DNA of 64,000 bases from Clostridiales bacterium. GTDB lineage: Bacteria > Bacillota > Desulfotomaculia > Desulfotomaculales > VENG01. The stretch's first letter is position 1. Every line of letters starts with the position of its first letter. A program made the translations under genes and the position numbers. Positions 28,209 to 39,332 of this stretch are shown here, in pieces. The stretch is from the NCBI GenBank assembly GCA_021736985.1, contig JAIPEW010000001.1, forward strand, positions 80,239-144,238, in the 5' to 3' direction. The notes under the pieces were generated by a model that ran no database searches, had not been told where the DNA came from, and was given only the letters and a program-made list of their open reading frames with translations.

Positions 28209-30137
28209 TTGCCTAAAATATTACAAAAAATTAATACTCCTGAAGAATTATCCGGTCTTACTCTTGCAGAAATGGAAACACTGGCCCAGGAGTTGAGAGA
28301 TGATATTATTTATACCGTATCTAAAAATGGAGGTCATCTTGCTCCAAACCTCGGGGTTGTTGAATTGACTATAGCTATGCACCGGGTTTTTTCATCGCCA
28401 AAGGATAAAATAATCTGGGATGTGGGGCACCAGAGTTATACTCATAAGCTTTTAACTTCACGCAGGGACAAGTTTCATACCCTGAGGCAGCTAGGTGGAA
28501 TAAGCGGTTTTCCGAGACCGGAGGAAAGTGACTATGACGCCTTTGCTACGGGACACAGCAGTACAAGCATTTCTGCTGGCCTGGGTATGGCCATTTCCAG
28601 GGACTTAAAAGGTGAAAACAACGAGGTTATTTCTGTTATTGGAGACGGTGCAATGACTGCCGGAATGTCCTTCGAGGCATTGAATCACGCAGGGCATTTA
28701 AAAAATAAACTAATAGTTGTATTAAATGATAATGAGATGAGCATTTCACCAAACGTAGGTGGATTGGCCAGTTATTTTAGCCGCTTAAGATCTGATCCCA
28801 TGTATTACAGGAGTAAAGATGAAATTGAACAGCTGTTGCGTAAAATACCTTCTATAGGGTCTACGGTATTAAAAGTAGTTGAAAGGTTAAAGGACAGCCT
28901 GAAGTACCTGGTAGTTCCAGGAATGTTTTTTGAAGAGCTGGGATACGTTTATTTTGGGCCGGTTGACGGTCACGACATAAAAAGCATGATAAGTGTTATG
29001 GAGCAGGCCCGGTCAGTAAAGGGCCCGGTACTCATACATGTTATTACCAGGAAAGGAAAAGGGTACCAGCCGGCTGAAGAAAATGCAGATAAATTTCACG
29101 GGACCGGACCGTTTGAAATTGATAACGGCAAGCCTTTAAAAGACAAAAGCGTACCGTCTTATACCGAGGTTTTTGGTAATTTCATGGTGAAAGAAGCAGC
29201 AAGTAATGAAAAAATTATCGCAATAACTGCAGCAATGGGCAGTGGAACTGGTTTAAACAAGTTTGCTGAAAACTATCCTGGTAAATTTTTTGATGTAGGT
29301 ATAGCCGAACAGCATGCAGTTACCATGTCAGCCGGTATGGCAAAATCCGGGTACAGGCCTGTTGTAGCAATTTATTCTACTTTTCTGCAGAGAGCTTATG
29401 ACCAGGTGCTGCACGATGTTTGCCTTCAAAAACTTCCTGTTGTGTTTTCCATAGACCGGGGTGGACTGGTAGGTGATGATGGGCCTACTCACCATGGTCT
29501 GTTTGATCTTTCTTACCTGCGCATATTACCTAATATTATTTTAATGAGTCCGAAAGATGAAAATGAACTCCAGAGTATGCTTAAAACTGCTTTGTGCCAG
29601 CCCGGGCCCTGTGCAGTCCGTTATCCCCGGGGAGCAGGTGTTGGAGTTGCATTGGAAGAAGACCCGCCGCTGATTCCGGTTGGCAGGGCAGAAGTTTTAT
29701 CCGAGGGTGAAGATGTCACGCTTATAGCAATTGGCAATTGTACTGAAATGGCAAAGAATGCAGCAGAAACATTATTTACACGCGGAATAAAAGCTGCTGT
29801 CATAAATGCCCGCTTTATTAAGCCGCTGGATGAGGAGTGTATTTTGCATTATTCAAGGCGGACAGGTAAGGTAATAACCATTGAAGAGCATGCGCTGTCT
29901 GGAGGTTTTGGCAGTGCCGTGCTGGAATTGTTAAATAGTTATAATCAATTTAATATACGGACAGAACGTATAGGAATACCTGATTGCTTTGTAGAACATG
30001 GAAATCCCGACATGCTCAGGACCAGGTATGGATTGACAGTAGAGTATATCGTTGACAAAGCGTTAAATATGCATGGTGGCAAGTACTCAGGTGAGAAACC
30101 AAGTTATAAAAGAATGGAAGAAGCTGAGGGTTCGTGA
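28209..30137 (+). CDS. dxs: 1-deoxy-D-xylulose-5-phosphate synthase
   Basis: 642 aa; [14 protein letters not shown] and GDGAMTAGM ThDP motifs; full-length Dxs similarity. Confidence 0.95.
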   Translation: MPKILQKINTPEELSGLTLAEMETLAQELRDDIIYTVSKNGGHLAPNLGVVELTIAMHRVFSSPKDKIIWDVGHQSYTHKLLTSRRDKFHTLRQLGGISGFPRPEESDYDAFATGHSSTSISAGLGMAISRDLKGENNEVISVIGDGAMTAGMSFEALNHAGHLKNKLIVVLNDNEMSISPNVGGLASYFSRLRSDPMYYRSKDEIEQLLRKIPSIGSTVLKVVERLKDSLKYLVVPGMFFEELGYVYFGPVDGHDIKSMISVMEQARSVKGPVLIHVITRKGKGYQPAEENADKFHGTGPFEIDNGKPLKDKSVPSYTEVFGNFMVKEAASNEKIIAITAAMGSGTGLNKFAENYPGKFFDVGIAEQHAVTMSAGMAKSGYRPVVAIYSTFLQRAYDQVLHDVCLQKLPVVFSIDRGGLVGDDGPTHHGLFDLSYLRILPNIILMSPKDENELQSMLKTALCQPGPCAVRYPRGAGVGVALEEDPPLIPVGRAEVLSEGEDVTLIAIGNCTEMAKNAAETLFTRGIKAAVINARFIKPLDEECILHYSRRTGKVITIEEHALSGGFGSAVLELLNSYNQFNIRTERIGIPDCFVEHGNPDMLRTRYGLTVEYIVDKALNMHGGKYSGEKPSYKRMEEAEGS

Positions 30138-30140
30138 CTT

Positions 30141-30956
30141 ATGGGGTCTAAGCAAAAAAAAGAAAGATTGGATCTTCTCCTGGTAAGCAGAGGGTTTGCC
30201 CTTACCAGGGAAAAGGCCAGGGCTTTTATTATGGCCGGTCAGGTGAAAGTAGATGACCAAAAAATTGACAAGCCCGGCAAAACAGTACCGTGCAGTGCAA
30301 AACTAGAAATGCTGGAAAGGCAAAGGTATGTAAGCAGGGGAGGAAAAAAATTAGAAAAGGCTTTAATATCTTTTAACATTGATCTAACAAATAGCGTCGT
30401 GCTCGATGTAGGTGCTTCTACAGGTGGATTCACAGATTGTATTTTGCAAAATGGAGCACGTAAAGTTTATGCTGTAGATGTAGGATATGGCCAGCTGGAC
30501 TGGTCGCTGCGTAATGATCCCAGGGTAAAAGTAATGGAAAGAACAAATATCAGGCGCATGGAAAGGTCAATGCTTAATGAGATCCCTGATTTTGCTGTTA
30601 TCGACGTATCTTTTATATCCTTAACTATTATATTACCAACTATTAAGATGCTTACTGCGGAAGATGCATCTGTAGTTGCATTAATTAAGCCCCAGTTTGA
30701 GGCAGGACAGTCAAACGTTGGTAATAAAGGAGTAGTTCGAGATTCTTCTGTACATGTAGATGTGCTAAACAAAATTATAAATGCAGTAGAAAGTGAGCGG
30801 GAGTGGGGAATAATTGGACTGGATTATTCGCCTATTAAGGGCCCGGAAGGAAACATAGAATATATAATATATTTTACTAAAAACAAGACTGCTGCAATTA
30901 ACGTGGAAAAAAACGCAAATAAAGTTGTTGAATTAGCGCATATGCAATTAAATTGA
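30141..30956 (+). CDS. tlyA: TlyA-family rRNA 2'-O-methyltransferase
   Basis: 271 aa; S4 domain (RLDLLLVSRGFALTREKARAFIMAG) plus FtsJ-like fold DVGASTGGFTD. Confidence 0.85.
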   Translation: MGSKQKKERLDLLLVSRGFALTREKARAFIMAGQVKVDDQKIDKPGKTVPCSAKLEMLERQRYVSRGGKKLEKALISFNIDLTNSVVLDVGASTGGFTDCILQNGARKVYAVDVGYGQLDWSLRNDPRVKVMERTNIRRMERSMLNEIPDFAVIDVSFISLTIILPTIKMLTAEDASVVALIKPQFEAGQSNVGNKGVVRDSSVHVDVLNKIINAVESEREWGIIGLDYSPIKGPEGNIEYIIYFTKNKTAAINVEKNANKVVELAHMQLN

Positions 30957-31074
30957 TGCGCTTTTTTATTTTAATATACAAAAAATTAATAAATAACAGG
31001 AAAAAGTAGAAGTATTATAGTAATATTGATATTATGTAAGTTAATGCCTCAAGGTGATAACGGGGGGTAATATT

Positions 31075-31944
31075 TTGAAAACCGTGGGGATATGGGCTAA
31101 TATAGAAAAAAAAGAAGTCGCGCAGTTGCTGTTGGATATAATATACTGGCTTGAATCCCGTGATTGTGACGTACTGTTAAACAACGAAGCAGCACTCTGT
31201 TTGAATATGAAATCATCCGGTGACAATTTTCAAGAATTAAGTGAAAAAGTAGATTGTTTAATGGTTTTAGGCGGGGATGGGACACTTTTAAATTGTGCCC
31301 GTAAAACTGCACAGTTTGGTACTCCCCTGTTTGGTGTTAACCTGGGTAGACTCGGGTTTTTGACAGAAACAGATCTCCCGGATTTATACCAGGCTCTGGA
31401 TAATTTATTGAGAGGAAAGTATAAAATAGAAGAAAGAATGATGCTGCAAGCTAGTATCGTAAGAAATGAAAGTATAGTTAAAGAAACTTATGCACTAAAC
31501 GATGTTGTTATAACTAAGGGCGGTTTTGCACGCATAATTTTTTTAGAAACCCTGGTTGATGGTGAACTCTTTACTACATATCCTGCTGACGGGATTATCA
31601 TAGCCAGCCCTACTGGATCTACTGCATATTCTTTGTCTGCAGGGGGCCCGCTGGTAGTTCCCGGTTTAAATTTAATGATTGTTACTCCTATTTGCCCCCA
31701 CGTATTGTGGGCACGGCCGCTTGTTGTTTCGATGGAAAATGAATTAAAAGTTACCTTATTATCTTCCCAGCCAGAGGTTATGCTTACCCTGGACGGCCAG
31801 CAGGGTATTAAGTTAAATCAGGGGGATTCAGTTATTGTTAAGGCGGCACCTTACCGGGCTAAATTCTTAAAACTCACTGAACGAAGTTTTTTAAATATTG
31901 TAAGGCAGAAATTACAGCAGGGGGAAAACGGTGAATACATTTAA
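31075..31944 (+). CDS. nadK: NAD kinase
   Basis: TTG 31075, 7 nt after ACGGGGGG (track ORF begins at GTG 31054); GGDGTLL and NLGRLGFL motifs. Confidence 0.9.
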   Translation: MKTVGIWANIEKKEVAQLLLDIIYWLESRDCDVLLNNEAALCLNMKSSGDNFQELSEKVDCLMVLGGDGTLLNCARKTAQFGTPLFGVNLGRLGFLTETDLPDLYQALDNLLRGKYKIEERMMLQASIVRNESIVKETYALNDVVITKGGFARIIFLETLVDGELFTTYPADGIIIASPTGSTAYSLSAGGPLVVPGLNLMIVTPICPHVLWARPLVVSMENELKVTLLSSQPEVMLTLDGQQGIKLNQGDSVIVKAAPYRAKFLKLTERSFLNIVRQKLQQGENGEYI

Positions 31945-32539
31945 ATTTTGGAAGGGAAAATCACCCCGGGCCGTAAACATTGCACAGGATTTTCTAGGGG
32001 AAATAATTGAACATAAAGATGCTGCAATAGATGCAACAGCCGGCAATGGCAATGATACCTTGTACCTGGCAGAACACGTTGGGCCGGGAGGAACAGTTTA
32101 TGCTTTTGATATCCAGGAATATTCTATCAACCAAACTGCATCCTGCCTGGAAAAGGCAGGTTTGGACCAGCGTGCAGTACTAATATCTTGCGGTCATGAA
32201 AATATGGAAAGCATTCTAATAAATGAATATTCTTGCCGTTCTTGCAAAGCAGCAATTTTTAATCTAGGCTATTTACCGGGGAGCGACAAGTGTGTAAAAA
32301 CAAATTCTGAAACAACTATCAGTGCAGTTAACCAGGCACTTTCCCTGCTCGTTCCAGGGGGAAGGTTAAGCGTAGTAGTTTACAGGGGACACGATGGTGC
32401 AGAAGAAGAATCCCGGGAAGTAAATGATTTAATATTAAATCTTGACCCAAAAAAATACTGGGCTGCAAGTATAAATTTTCCTAACCGTGATTTACAATCA
32501 CCTTATGTGATATTAGTGCAGAAAACGGTAGGTGTCTAA
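31931..32539 (+). CDS. class I SAM-dependent methyltransferase (YtqB-like)
   Basis: 202 aa; DATAGNGNDTLYLA SAM-binding motif; overlaps the nadK stop. Confidence 0.6.
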   Translation: MNTFKFWKGKSPRAVNIAQDFLGEIIEHKDAAIDATAGNGNDTLYLAEHVGPGGTVYAFDIQEYSINQTASCLEKAGLDQRAVLISCGHENMESILINEYSCRSCKAAIFNLGYLPGSDKCVKTNSETTISAVNQALSLLVPGGRLSVVVYRGHDGAEEESREVNDLILNLDPKKYWAASINFPNRDLQSPYVILVQKTVGV

Positions 32540-32996
32540 AGTGAAAGCAGGGCGCCAAAAAAAGATATTAGACATAATTGACAATAAAACAATTGAAACG
32601 CAGCAGCAGTTAGCCAGTGAACTGTACTTTGCCGGGTTTGATGTTACACAGGCGACTCTTTCCAGAGACATAAGAGAACTGGGTTTAGTAAAAGTAGCTG
32701 GCGCCAGCAGTTCTTCTTATTATGCTCTACCCGGTCACTCAATTTCTATCCAGAATGATGAAAGGCTGCGCTGGCGTTTAACAAATGCAGTGATATCCAT
32801 TGATTTTAGTGAAAATTTAATTGTTATTAAAACATATCCAGGTGAAGCGCAGGGTGTAGCACACTCGTTGGATAATATTGATTGGAAAGAAATAATTGGC
32901 ACTGTAGGAGGAGATGATACCGTGTTATTAATAATTAAGCCCAAACGTGCAGTGCCAGGTATTATAGAAAAAATTACTGCCCTTTCCGGGAGGTGA
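32532..32996 (+). CDS. argR: arginine repressor
   Basis: 154 aa; winged-helix QATLSRDIRELGLVK and C-terminal GTVGGDDTVLLI motif. Confidence 0.9.
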   Translation: MSKVKAGRQKKILDIIDNKTIETQQQLASELYFAGFDVTQATLSRDIRELGLVKVAGASSSSYYALPGHSISIQNDERLRWRLTNAVISIDFSENLIVIKTYPGEAQGVAHSLDNIDWKEIIGTVGGDDTVLLIIKPKRAVPGIIEKITALSGR

Positions 32997-33003
32997 TGAT
33001 AGT

Positions 33004-34674
33004 ATGATCAAAAAGTTGGAAATTAAAGATTTTGGAATTATTGAGTACATGGAAGAAAATTTTGAGAGCGGGTTTACTGTTTTAACCGGAGAAACCGGGG
33101 CAGGAAAATCAATAATTATGGATGCACTGCATATGGTGCTCGGAGGAAAAGCTTATGCTGATTATGTAAAGAGTGGTAAAGAAAAGGCTTTAATACAAGC
33201 TGAATTTGAACCCGGAGAACTGCCTGAATTGGAAAAACAGCTTAAGGAATTGGACTTGGAGTTAGAAGACGGTATGTTGATTATGACCAGGCAGATATCC
33301 AGGACAGGCCGCAATGTTTGCAGGGTTAACGGACAAGTTTTGACTCTTCAGCTGTTTAAGCAGATAGGTAAGTATTTAATGGACATGCATGGTCAGCATG
33401 AGCAGCAGTCTCTTTTAAATTCTTCTAAGCACATGGAAATGTTAGATAGATACTCGGGAAAAGAATTATTAAAACATAAAAAAGATGTTTCCGATCTATA
33501 TTCCAGGTGGCTTGCTGTACGGCGGGAACTTGAAAAAATTAAATCGAATAAAAAAGAACGGGCCCGGCAGTCAGACATGTACCGCTTTCAAATACAAGAA
33601 TTAGATGATGCTAATTTATCTCCTGGTGAGGAAGATGAACTGCTGCATGAAAAAAAGCGCCTTGCAAACGCTGAAAAAATTGCCCAGTTAGTGCAGGACA
33701 GCTATACTGCTTTGTATACTGGGGATAATTGCCCTGCTGCTGTTGACCAGATGGGAAAAGTAATACAAAATCTGCAGGAGCTTAAAAACCTGGATGAAAA
33801 TTTTGCTTCAATGGAAGAAGCAATAACATCCGCCTTATACCAGGTAGAAGAGTCTTCCAGAGATTTAGCTTCGTACAGGGATAATATAGAATTCGAACCG
33901 GAAAGGTTGGAAGAAGTAGAAAATAGGCTCAGCCAGATATACCAGTTAAAAAACAAGTACGGTAATTCTGTAGAAGAAATCCTAAAATACAGGGATAGTG
34001 CAGCAGCAGAGCTGCAAAAATTAGATAACACCAGTTTTAAAGAAGATGAACTTGAAAGTAAAAACAATGAACTTGAAAAAGAATACATGGAAAATGCACA
34101 TAAACTAACTGATGCCAGAAAAAAAGCAGCTAAAAAATTAAAAAGTGCAATTGAGACAGAACTAAACGATTTAGAGATGAAAAAAGTGATACTGGAAATA
34201 AAAATAATACCTTCTGAGCCTGGTTCGCAAGGTCTAGAAGATATTGAATTTCTTATTTCTACAAACCCTGGAGAACCGCCGAAACCCCTAAACAAAATAG
34301 CTTCCGGCGGAGAATTATCCAGGATAATGCTTGCATTTAAAAGTGTATTATCGGCAGTAGATCATATACCATCCCTCGTGTTTGATGAAGTTGATACCGG
34401 GATTGGAGGTAAAACTCTCCAGGCAGTGGCAGGCAAGCTAAAACAGTTAAGCAAACACCGGCAAACAATTGTAGTGACTCACGCAGCACCCATTGCTGCA
34501 ATAGCAGATAATCATTTTCTTATTCATAAACAGCAGGCTAAAAATAAAGTTGATGCAAAAGCTTACATATTGGAAGGCGACAAGCGAATCACAGAATTAG
34601 CCAGGATGTTGAGCGGTAGCGATGATTCCTCGGCAGTCCTCGATCATGCCAGGCAGCTGTTAGAACAAAAATAA
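33004..34674 (+). CDS. recN: DNA repair protein RecN
   Basis: 556 aa; Walker A GETGAGKSII, long coiled coil, SGGELSRIMLA signature, FDEVDTGIGG Walker B. Confidence 0.95.
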   Translation: MIKKLEIKDFGIIEYMEENFESGFTVLTGETGAGKSIIMDALHMVLGGKAYADYVKSGKEKALIQAEFEPGELPELEKQLKELDLELEDGMLIMTRQISRTGRNVCRVNGQVLTLQLFKQIGKYLMDMHGQHEQQSLLNSSKHMEMLDRYSGKELLKHKKDVSDLYSRWLAVRRELEKIKSNKKERARQSDMYRFQIQELDDANLSPGEEDELLHEKKRLANAEKIAQLVQDSYTALYTGDNCPAAVDQMGKVIQNLQELKNLDENFASMEEAITSALYQVEESSRDLASYRDNIEFEPERLEEVENRLSQIYQLKNKYGNSVEEILKYRDSAAAELQKLDNTSFKEDELESKNNELEKEYMENAHKLTDARKKAAKKLKSAIETELNDLEMKKVILEIKIIPSEPGSQGLEDIEFLISTNPGEPPKPLNKIASGGELSRIMLAFKSVLSAVDHIPSLVFDEVDTGIGGKTLQAVAGKLKQLSKHRQTIVVTHAAPIAAIADNHFLIHKQQAKNKVDAKAYILEGDKRITELARMLSGSDDSSAVLDHARQLLEQK

Positions 34675-34689
34675 TTATAAATTTTTAGT

Positions 34690-34713
34690 ACCCGCATTCA
34701 GCGGGTTTTTTTA
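34690..34713 (+). terminator. rho-independent terminator after recN
   Basis: ACCCGC-ATTCA-GCGGGT followed by TTTTTTT. Confidence 0.8.
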
Positions 34714-34897
34714 TTTGTGGAAAACAAACAAGAAACTAACATATTAATGCAGCCCTGATTAGTGCCGAGTTTGGTAAACAACGGTTAATATGGATGTAAT
34801 ATTAGTTTAGTGCTCAGGTCAATTTAATAGTACGCTTTTATATTTTAAAAATTTTTAACTGCAGTCATAAAATTTAATTCTTCGAGGGGGGATTGGC

Positions 34898-36211
34898 CTG
34901 AGCACAAAGAAAAAATTAAGAAAAAAATGTTTATACCTGACATTATTTTTTCCCGTTTTTTTTCTTTTATCCGGACAAATAATAAGCTTTATAGCATTTC
35001 CGTCAAACCAAAACATGGTTGTAGGTGATACATTTGAGCCTAAATTTTATATACCCCATGCTGTAATGGAAAATATTAGTTATAAAATTAATTCAAATAA
35101 CGATAAGTTGTTAGAAGACTTTTCTTTTTCTCCTGGAGATGCTGTTGTTGCTGAAACTCCGGGAAAGCTGCACATGGAGATTAAACTCTTTGGGTTAATC
35201 CCCATACGTGAGATGGTAGTTAATGTTATACCCCGGCTGCGTGTTGTTCCATGCGGGCAATCTATAGGGGTACTTTTACACACTAACGGTGTTGTAGTCG
35301 TGGGGATGGCTGGTATAAGTATTAACAGGGAAAAAGTTAATCCTGCTGCTGAAGCTGGTATAAACGCAGGGGATGTAATTATAGAAGCTAACGGAAAAAA
35401 AATAAACAGTGATGTCCAGCTCAGGAAGATAGTAGACCAGGCAGGTGTTAATAAAAAGAAAATTAAAGTAAAAATAAAAAGAAATAATAAAATCTTACAA
35501 AAGAATATATCACCGGTTTATTGCAAAGATACCCGCAGCTACAGGATAGGACTTTTTATACGTGATACAGCTGCCGGGGTAGGCACGCTTACTTTTTATC
35601 ATCCTGAGAGTCAAACTTACGGCGCACTTGGTCACATGATTTCTGATATGAACACATCCAGCAGTACAGATTTAAAAGACGGGTGTATTGTTGGAGCTGA
35701 AATACAGGGAGTACATCCTGGTAAAAAAGGACAACCCGGAGAAAAAATAGGGCTTTTTAATAAAGAAACTTTGCAAGGAAGTATAGAAAAAAACACCAAG
35801 TTTGGTATTTTCGGAAAATTAGAAAAACCTGCTGCAAATTCTTATTATCCCGACCCGATTCCTGTTGCGCTAAATGATGAAATAAAAAAAGGACCTGCTG
35901 AAATTATGACTGTTATAGATGGAAATGATGTGGAAAAATATGATATTGAAATACAACAGGTAGTTCCACAATCTTTTTCAGACGGCAAGGGATTAATAAT
36001 AAAAATTACAGACAAAGATTTGCTGCGGCGAACTGGTGGAATAGTACAGGGAATGAGCGGAAGTCCTATAATTCAAAATAACAAGCTGATAGGTGCAGTT
36101 ACTCATGTTTTCATAAATGACCCCAAGAGAGGATACGGCGTAATGGCCCAATGGATGCTGCAGAAATATAATATTTTTACACAAAATAATAATTTAAACA
36201 AGGTATCTTGA
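34898..36211 (+). CDS. spoIVB: SpoIVB peptidase (S55), start codon uncertain
   Basis: PDZ region plus S55 motifs GTLTFYHPESQTYGALGH and GMSGSPIIQNNKLIGAVTH; the frame is open from 34871 and encodes a signal-anchor (KKKLRKKCLYLTLFFPVFFLLSG) upstream of the first ATG (35015); GAGGGGGG at 34884-34891. Confidence 0.85.
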   Translation: MSTKKKLRKKCLYLTLFFPVFFLLSGQIISFIAFPSNQNMVVGDTFEPKFYIPHAVMENISYKINSNNDKLLEDFSFSPGDAVVAETPGKLHMEIKLFGLIPIREMVVNVIPRLRVVPCGQSIGVLLHTNGVVVVGMAGISINREKVNPAAEAGINAGDVIIEANGKKINSDVQLRKIVDQAGVNKKKIKVKIKRNNKILQKNISPVYCKDTRSYRIGLFIRDTAAGVGTLTFYHPESQTYGALGHMISDMNTSSSTDLKDGCIVGAEIQGVHPGKKGQPGEKIGLFNKETLQGSIEKNTKFGIFGKLEKPAANSYYPDPIPVALNDEIKKGPAEIMTVIDGNDVEKYDIEIQQVVPQSFSDGKGLIIKITDKDLLRRTGGIVQGMSGSPIIQNNKLIGAVTHVFINDPKRGYGVMAQWMLQKYNIFTQNNNLNKVS

Positions 36212-36232
36212 GGCATTGCGCCTCAATTTTTC
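36208..36232 (+). terminator. rho-independent terminator after spoIVB
   Basis: TTGAGGC-ATTGC-GCCTCAA followed by TTTTT; overlaps the stop codon. Confidence 0.75.
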
Positions 36233-36368
36233 TGTTATATAAATATTAGATGATTTCCAAAAAATTACTAAAATATTAGGAGGAGATTTCCTGTCTCCGT
36301 CGAATGGTCAGAATAAAGATAATTGTAGATAAAAAAAAGAGAAAAATTATTTAGGAGGCGGAAATCTA

Positions 36369-37139
36369 ATGGTGGTAAAAGCTAATAAACTTATTATTGC
36401 TGATGATAATAAGGAATTTTGTGAACTTTTACAAGAATTTTTAAACCAGCAGGAAGACATTGAATTATGCGGCATTGCTTATAATGGTAATGAAGCATTG
36501 AAGCTCATTGAAGAACATAATCCTGAAATTGTCGTACTGGATATTATTATGCCCCACCTGGATGGAATTGGTGTGTTAGAAAAACTGGCCGGGGGAGATT
36601 ATAACCCGCGCCCCAAAGTAATAATGCTTACAGCTTTCGGACAAGAGAGCGTGACCCAGAGGGCGGTAGAATTAGGTGCTGATTATTATATCCTGAAGCC
36701 CTTTGATTTCAGTGTATTAGCTACCAGAATAAGGCAACTAACAGAAGGAGTTAAAGCTAATCACTATATTGCAGATGATAAACCTAAAAACATGGACGTA
36801 GCTGTTACCAATATAATACATGAAATGGGTGTACCGGCGCATATAAAAGGATATCATTATTTGCGCGATGCTATCATGATGGTTATTGAAGAAGTTAACT
36901 TATTAGGTGCGGTAACCAAAGAGCTATACCCGCTTATTGCTCAAAAGTATCATACAACTCCCAGCAGGGTGGAAAGAGCTATCAGGCATGCCATTGAACT
37001 AGCCTGGGATCGCGGTAACGTGGACTTAATGACAAAATTCTTTGGTTATACTATAAATCTCGACCGCGGGAAACCTACAAACAGCGAGTTTATCGCCATG
37101 GTTGCAGATAAATTGAGAATTGAAGTAAAAGCTGGATAA
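36369..37139 (+). CDS. spo0A: sporulation master regulator Spo0A
   Basis: 256 aa; REC domain (ADDNKEF...[12 protein letters not shown]) and the Spo0A-specific [15 protein letters not shown] helix. Confidence 0.95.
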   Translation: MVVKANKLIIADDNKEFCELLQEFLNQQEDIELCGIAYNGNEALKLIEEHNPEIVVLDIIMPHLDGIGVLEKLAGGDYNPRPKVIMLTAFGQESVTQRAVELGADYYILKPFDFSVLATRIRQLTEGVKANHYIADDKPKNMDVAVTNIIHEMGVPAHIKGYHYLRDAIMMVIEEVNLLGAVTKELYPLIAQKYHTTPSRVERAIRHAIELAWDRGNVDLMTKFFGYTINLDRGKPTNSEFIAMVADKLRIEVKAG

Positions 37140-37184
37140 AATAAACCGGATATCTTATGAAAATTTATGACACTATAATAAAAA

Positions 37185-37212
37185 ACCTGACTTTTAACAG
37201 TCAGGTTTTTTT
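37185..37212 (+). terminator. rho-independent terminator after spo0A
   Basis: ACCTGAC-TTTTAACA-GTCAGGT followed by TTTTTTT. Confidence 0.8.
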
Positions 37213-37304
37213 ATCTTGTTTTTCTTGACTACTATAGTTTAAAATGATAAAAGATTCTAAAGGTGTTATTAAGAATATATTAACAATTTAAAAGAGGTGT
37301 AAAC

Positions 37305-38426
37305 ATGCACCTTAAAGGCATTGCAAAATATGATGTTAAAACCAAGGATCTGGTAAAGAGATTAGAATCGGGAGATATTGCAATAATTAATCATTCTGCA
37401 CTGGATGAAGTAGCTGCCCTGTCTTTAATAGAGAAAAAAATAAAGGCAGTAATTAATGTTAGTGTTTCACTCAGTAGAAACTATCCTAATCCCGGGCCCC
37501 TCCAGTTAATACAAGCCGGTATACCTGTGCTTGATAATGCCGGTGAAGAGATCTTAGAAAAAATTAAAGAAAACCAGGTTATAGAGATCGTTGATGAAAA
37601 TGTTTTAGCTAGCGGAGAATTTATTGGCAGCGGCGATATTTTAAACGAAAAATATGTTAAATTAAAGATGCAAGAGGCCCGGTACGGCATGGATGACCTG
37701 TTGTCAGGTTTTGTTAGTAATACTTTGGATTACGCGCATACAGAAATCGGCCTTATATCGGGAGATTACCCGGTACCTGAAATCAAAACAAGTTTTAAAG
37801 GTAAACATGCCCTTATTGTAGTTAGAGGGAAAAATTATAAGGGCGATTTAATGGCAATAAAATCCTATGTAAAAGAAATGAAGCCCGTGTTGATAGGTGT
37901 AGACGGCGGGGCTGACGCTCTCATGGAATTCGGGTTTAAACCAGATATCATTGTCGGAGATATGGACAGTGTCAGTGATAAAACCCTGAGATGCGGTGCC
38001 GAAATAGTGGTTCATGCTTATGCCGACGGGAAAGCTCCTGGTTTAGAAAGAATTTACGATATGAAACTGTATGCAGTAACTTACCCGGCTCCCGGGACAA
38101 GTGAAGATATAGCCATGTTAATGGCTTATGACTATGCTGCAGAGCTCATTGTAGCGGTAGGAACTCATTCAAACATGATGGATTTTCTGGAAAAGGGCCG
38201 CAAGGGAATGGCAAGTACTTTTTTAGTGCGTATGAAGGTAGGTTCTAACCTTGTAGATGCCCGTGGAGTAAGCCAGTTATACCGGGATAAGCTGAAGTTT
38301 AAGTACCTGGCCCAGATATTTCTAGCTGCCCTTTTGCCGGTAGGTGTTATAGTAGTTGTCTCACCTTCCATACGTCAAACACTCAGGCTGCTTTTTATAC
38401 AGTTCCGGATGCTTGTAGGTATTTAA
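37305..38426 (+). CDS. steA: SteA-like putative cytokinetic-ring protein (thiamine pyrophosphokinase-like domain, C-terminal TM)
   Basis: 373 aa; GVDGGADAL...IIVGDMDS TPK-like motif; C-terminal hydrophobic segment; followed by a steB-like gene. Confidence 0.6.
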   Translation: MHLKGIAKYDVKTKDLVKRLESGDIAIINHSALDEVAALSLIEKKIKAVINVSVSLSRNYPNPGPLQLIQAGIPVLDNAGEEILEKIKENQVIEIVDENVLASGEFIGSGDILNEKYVKLKMQEARYGMDDLLSGFVSNTLDYAHTEIGLISGDYPVPEIKTSFKGKHALIVVRGKNYKGDLMAIKSYVKEMKPVLIGVDGGADALMEFGFKPDIIVGDMDSVSDKTLRCGAEIVVHAYADGKAPGLERIYDMKLYAVTYPAPGTSEDIAMLMAYDYAAELIVAVGTHSNMMDFLEKGRKGMASTFLVRMKVGSNLVDARGVSQLYRDKLKFKYLAQIFLAALLPVGVIVVVSPSIRQTLRLLFIQFRMLVGI

Positions 38427-38445
38427 CAGACTTGGAGGAATTGAC

Positions 38446-39330
38446 TTGATAGATCTAAAGTATCATATAGCTTCGCTGGTTGCTGTGTTTCTTGCCCTGG
38501 GCATTGGAATTCTTATTGGAAGTACAATGCTGGGCAATGATACCCTGGTGGAATACCAGAAACAGGTAACTGATAACCTGGAAAACCAGCTAAAAGAGCT
38601 GCGGCACAAAAATGACTCTATTCGGGCAGATGTAGCAGACTTAAAGATGAATTTGCAAATCCAAAAAGATTTTAATTCCGGTGTAATGCCGGCATTGATC
38701 AACAATGAATTAAAAGGCTTAAATTTAGCTGTAGTGGAAACCAGTGGGTATTATTTTCCCCATAAGCTTACAGATACCTTGAAAATGTCCGGTGCAAATG
38801 TAACTTCTATCAGCAGTTTTTTAAACTTTTCTCCTGGTAACATCAATAAGATTTTAAAGAAAATTAATTATGAGGAAAAAAACAAAGCAAAAGAAGATTT
38901 TTTAGCATTTGCTGCACGCAAAATTACCAGGGAGATAATCAGCGGAGATATGGATTTAGTTAACACGTTAACCGGGGCCAATGTTATTCAAGTGCAGGGA
39001 AAATATGGAAAACATTTAGACGGGGTAATACTTGTAGGCGGCAGCCAGGATAAAGATTCGTCGCGTTTTTCCCGGTTGGATAAAAACCTGATTGATGTGT
39101 TTCAATCCAACGAGATACCTGTATACGGAACTGAAGAAACATCTGCCGGGTATTCTTATATAAAAAAATACCAGGAGCATGGTTTAAAAGTTACTGTTGA
39201 TAATATTAATACTGTGCCGGGACGTACGGCCTTGATTTTTTCTATTAGCGGTGATGCCGGTTATTACGGAGTGAAGTCCAGTGCCCGGCGTTTAATGCCT
39301 GAATTAAATGCTTCTCCCGGGAGTGAATAA
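38446..39330 (+). CDS. copper-transporter (MctB/DUF3186)-family membrane-anchored protein, SteB-like
   Basis: 294 aa; N-terminal MIDLKYHIASLVAVFLALGIGILIG anchor then coiled coil, typical of this family (from memory). Confidence 0.5.
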   Translation: MIDLKYHIASLVAVFLALGIGILIGSTMLGNDTLVEYQKQVTDNLENQLKELRHKNDSIRADVADLKMNLQIQKDFNSGVMPALINNELKGLNLAVVETSGYYFPHKLTDTLKMSGANVTSISSFLNFSPGNINKILKKINYEEKNKAKEDFLAFAARKITREIISGDMDLVNTLTGANVIQVQGKYGKHLDGVILVGGSQDKDSSRFSRLDKNLIDVFQSNEIPVYGTEETSAGYSYIKKYQEHGLKVTVDNINTVPGRTALIFSISGDAGYYGVKSSARRLMPELNASPGSE

Positions 39331-39332
39331 AA

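Noticed and set aside
36296-36304. Possible Spo0A box (CGTCGAA) upstream of spo0A
   Set aside because: It is a single 6/7 match to TGTCGAA without a partner box or defined promoter context, too weak to call from sequence alone.
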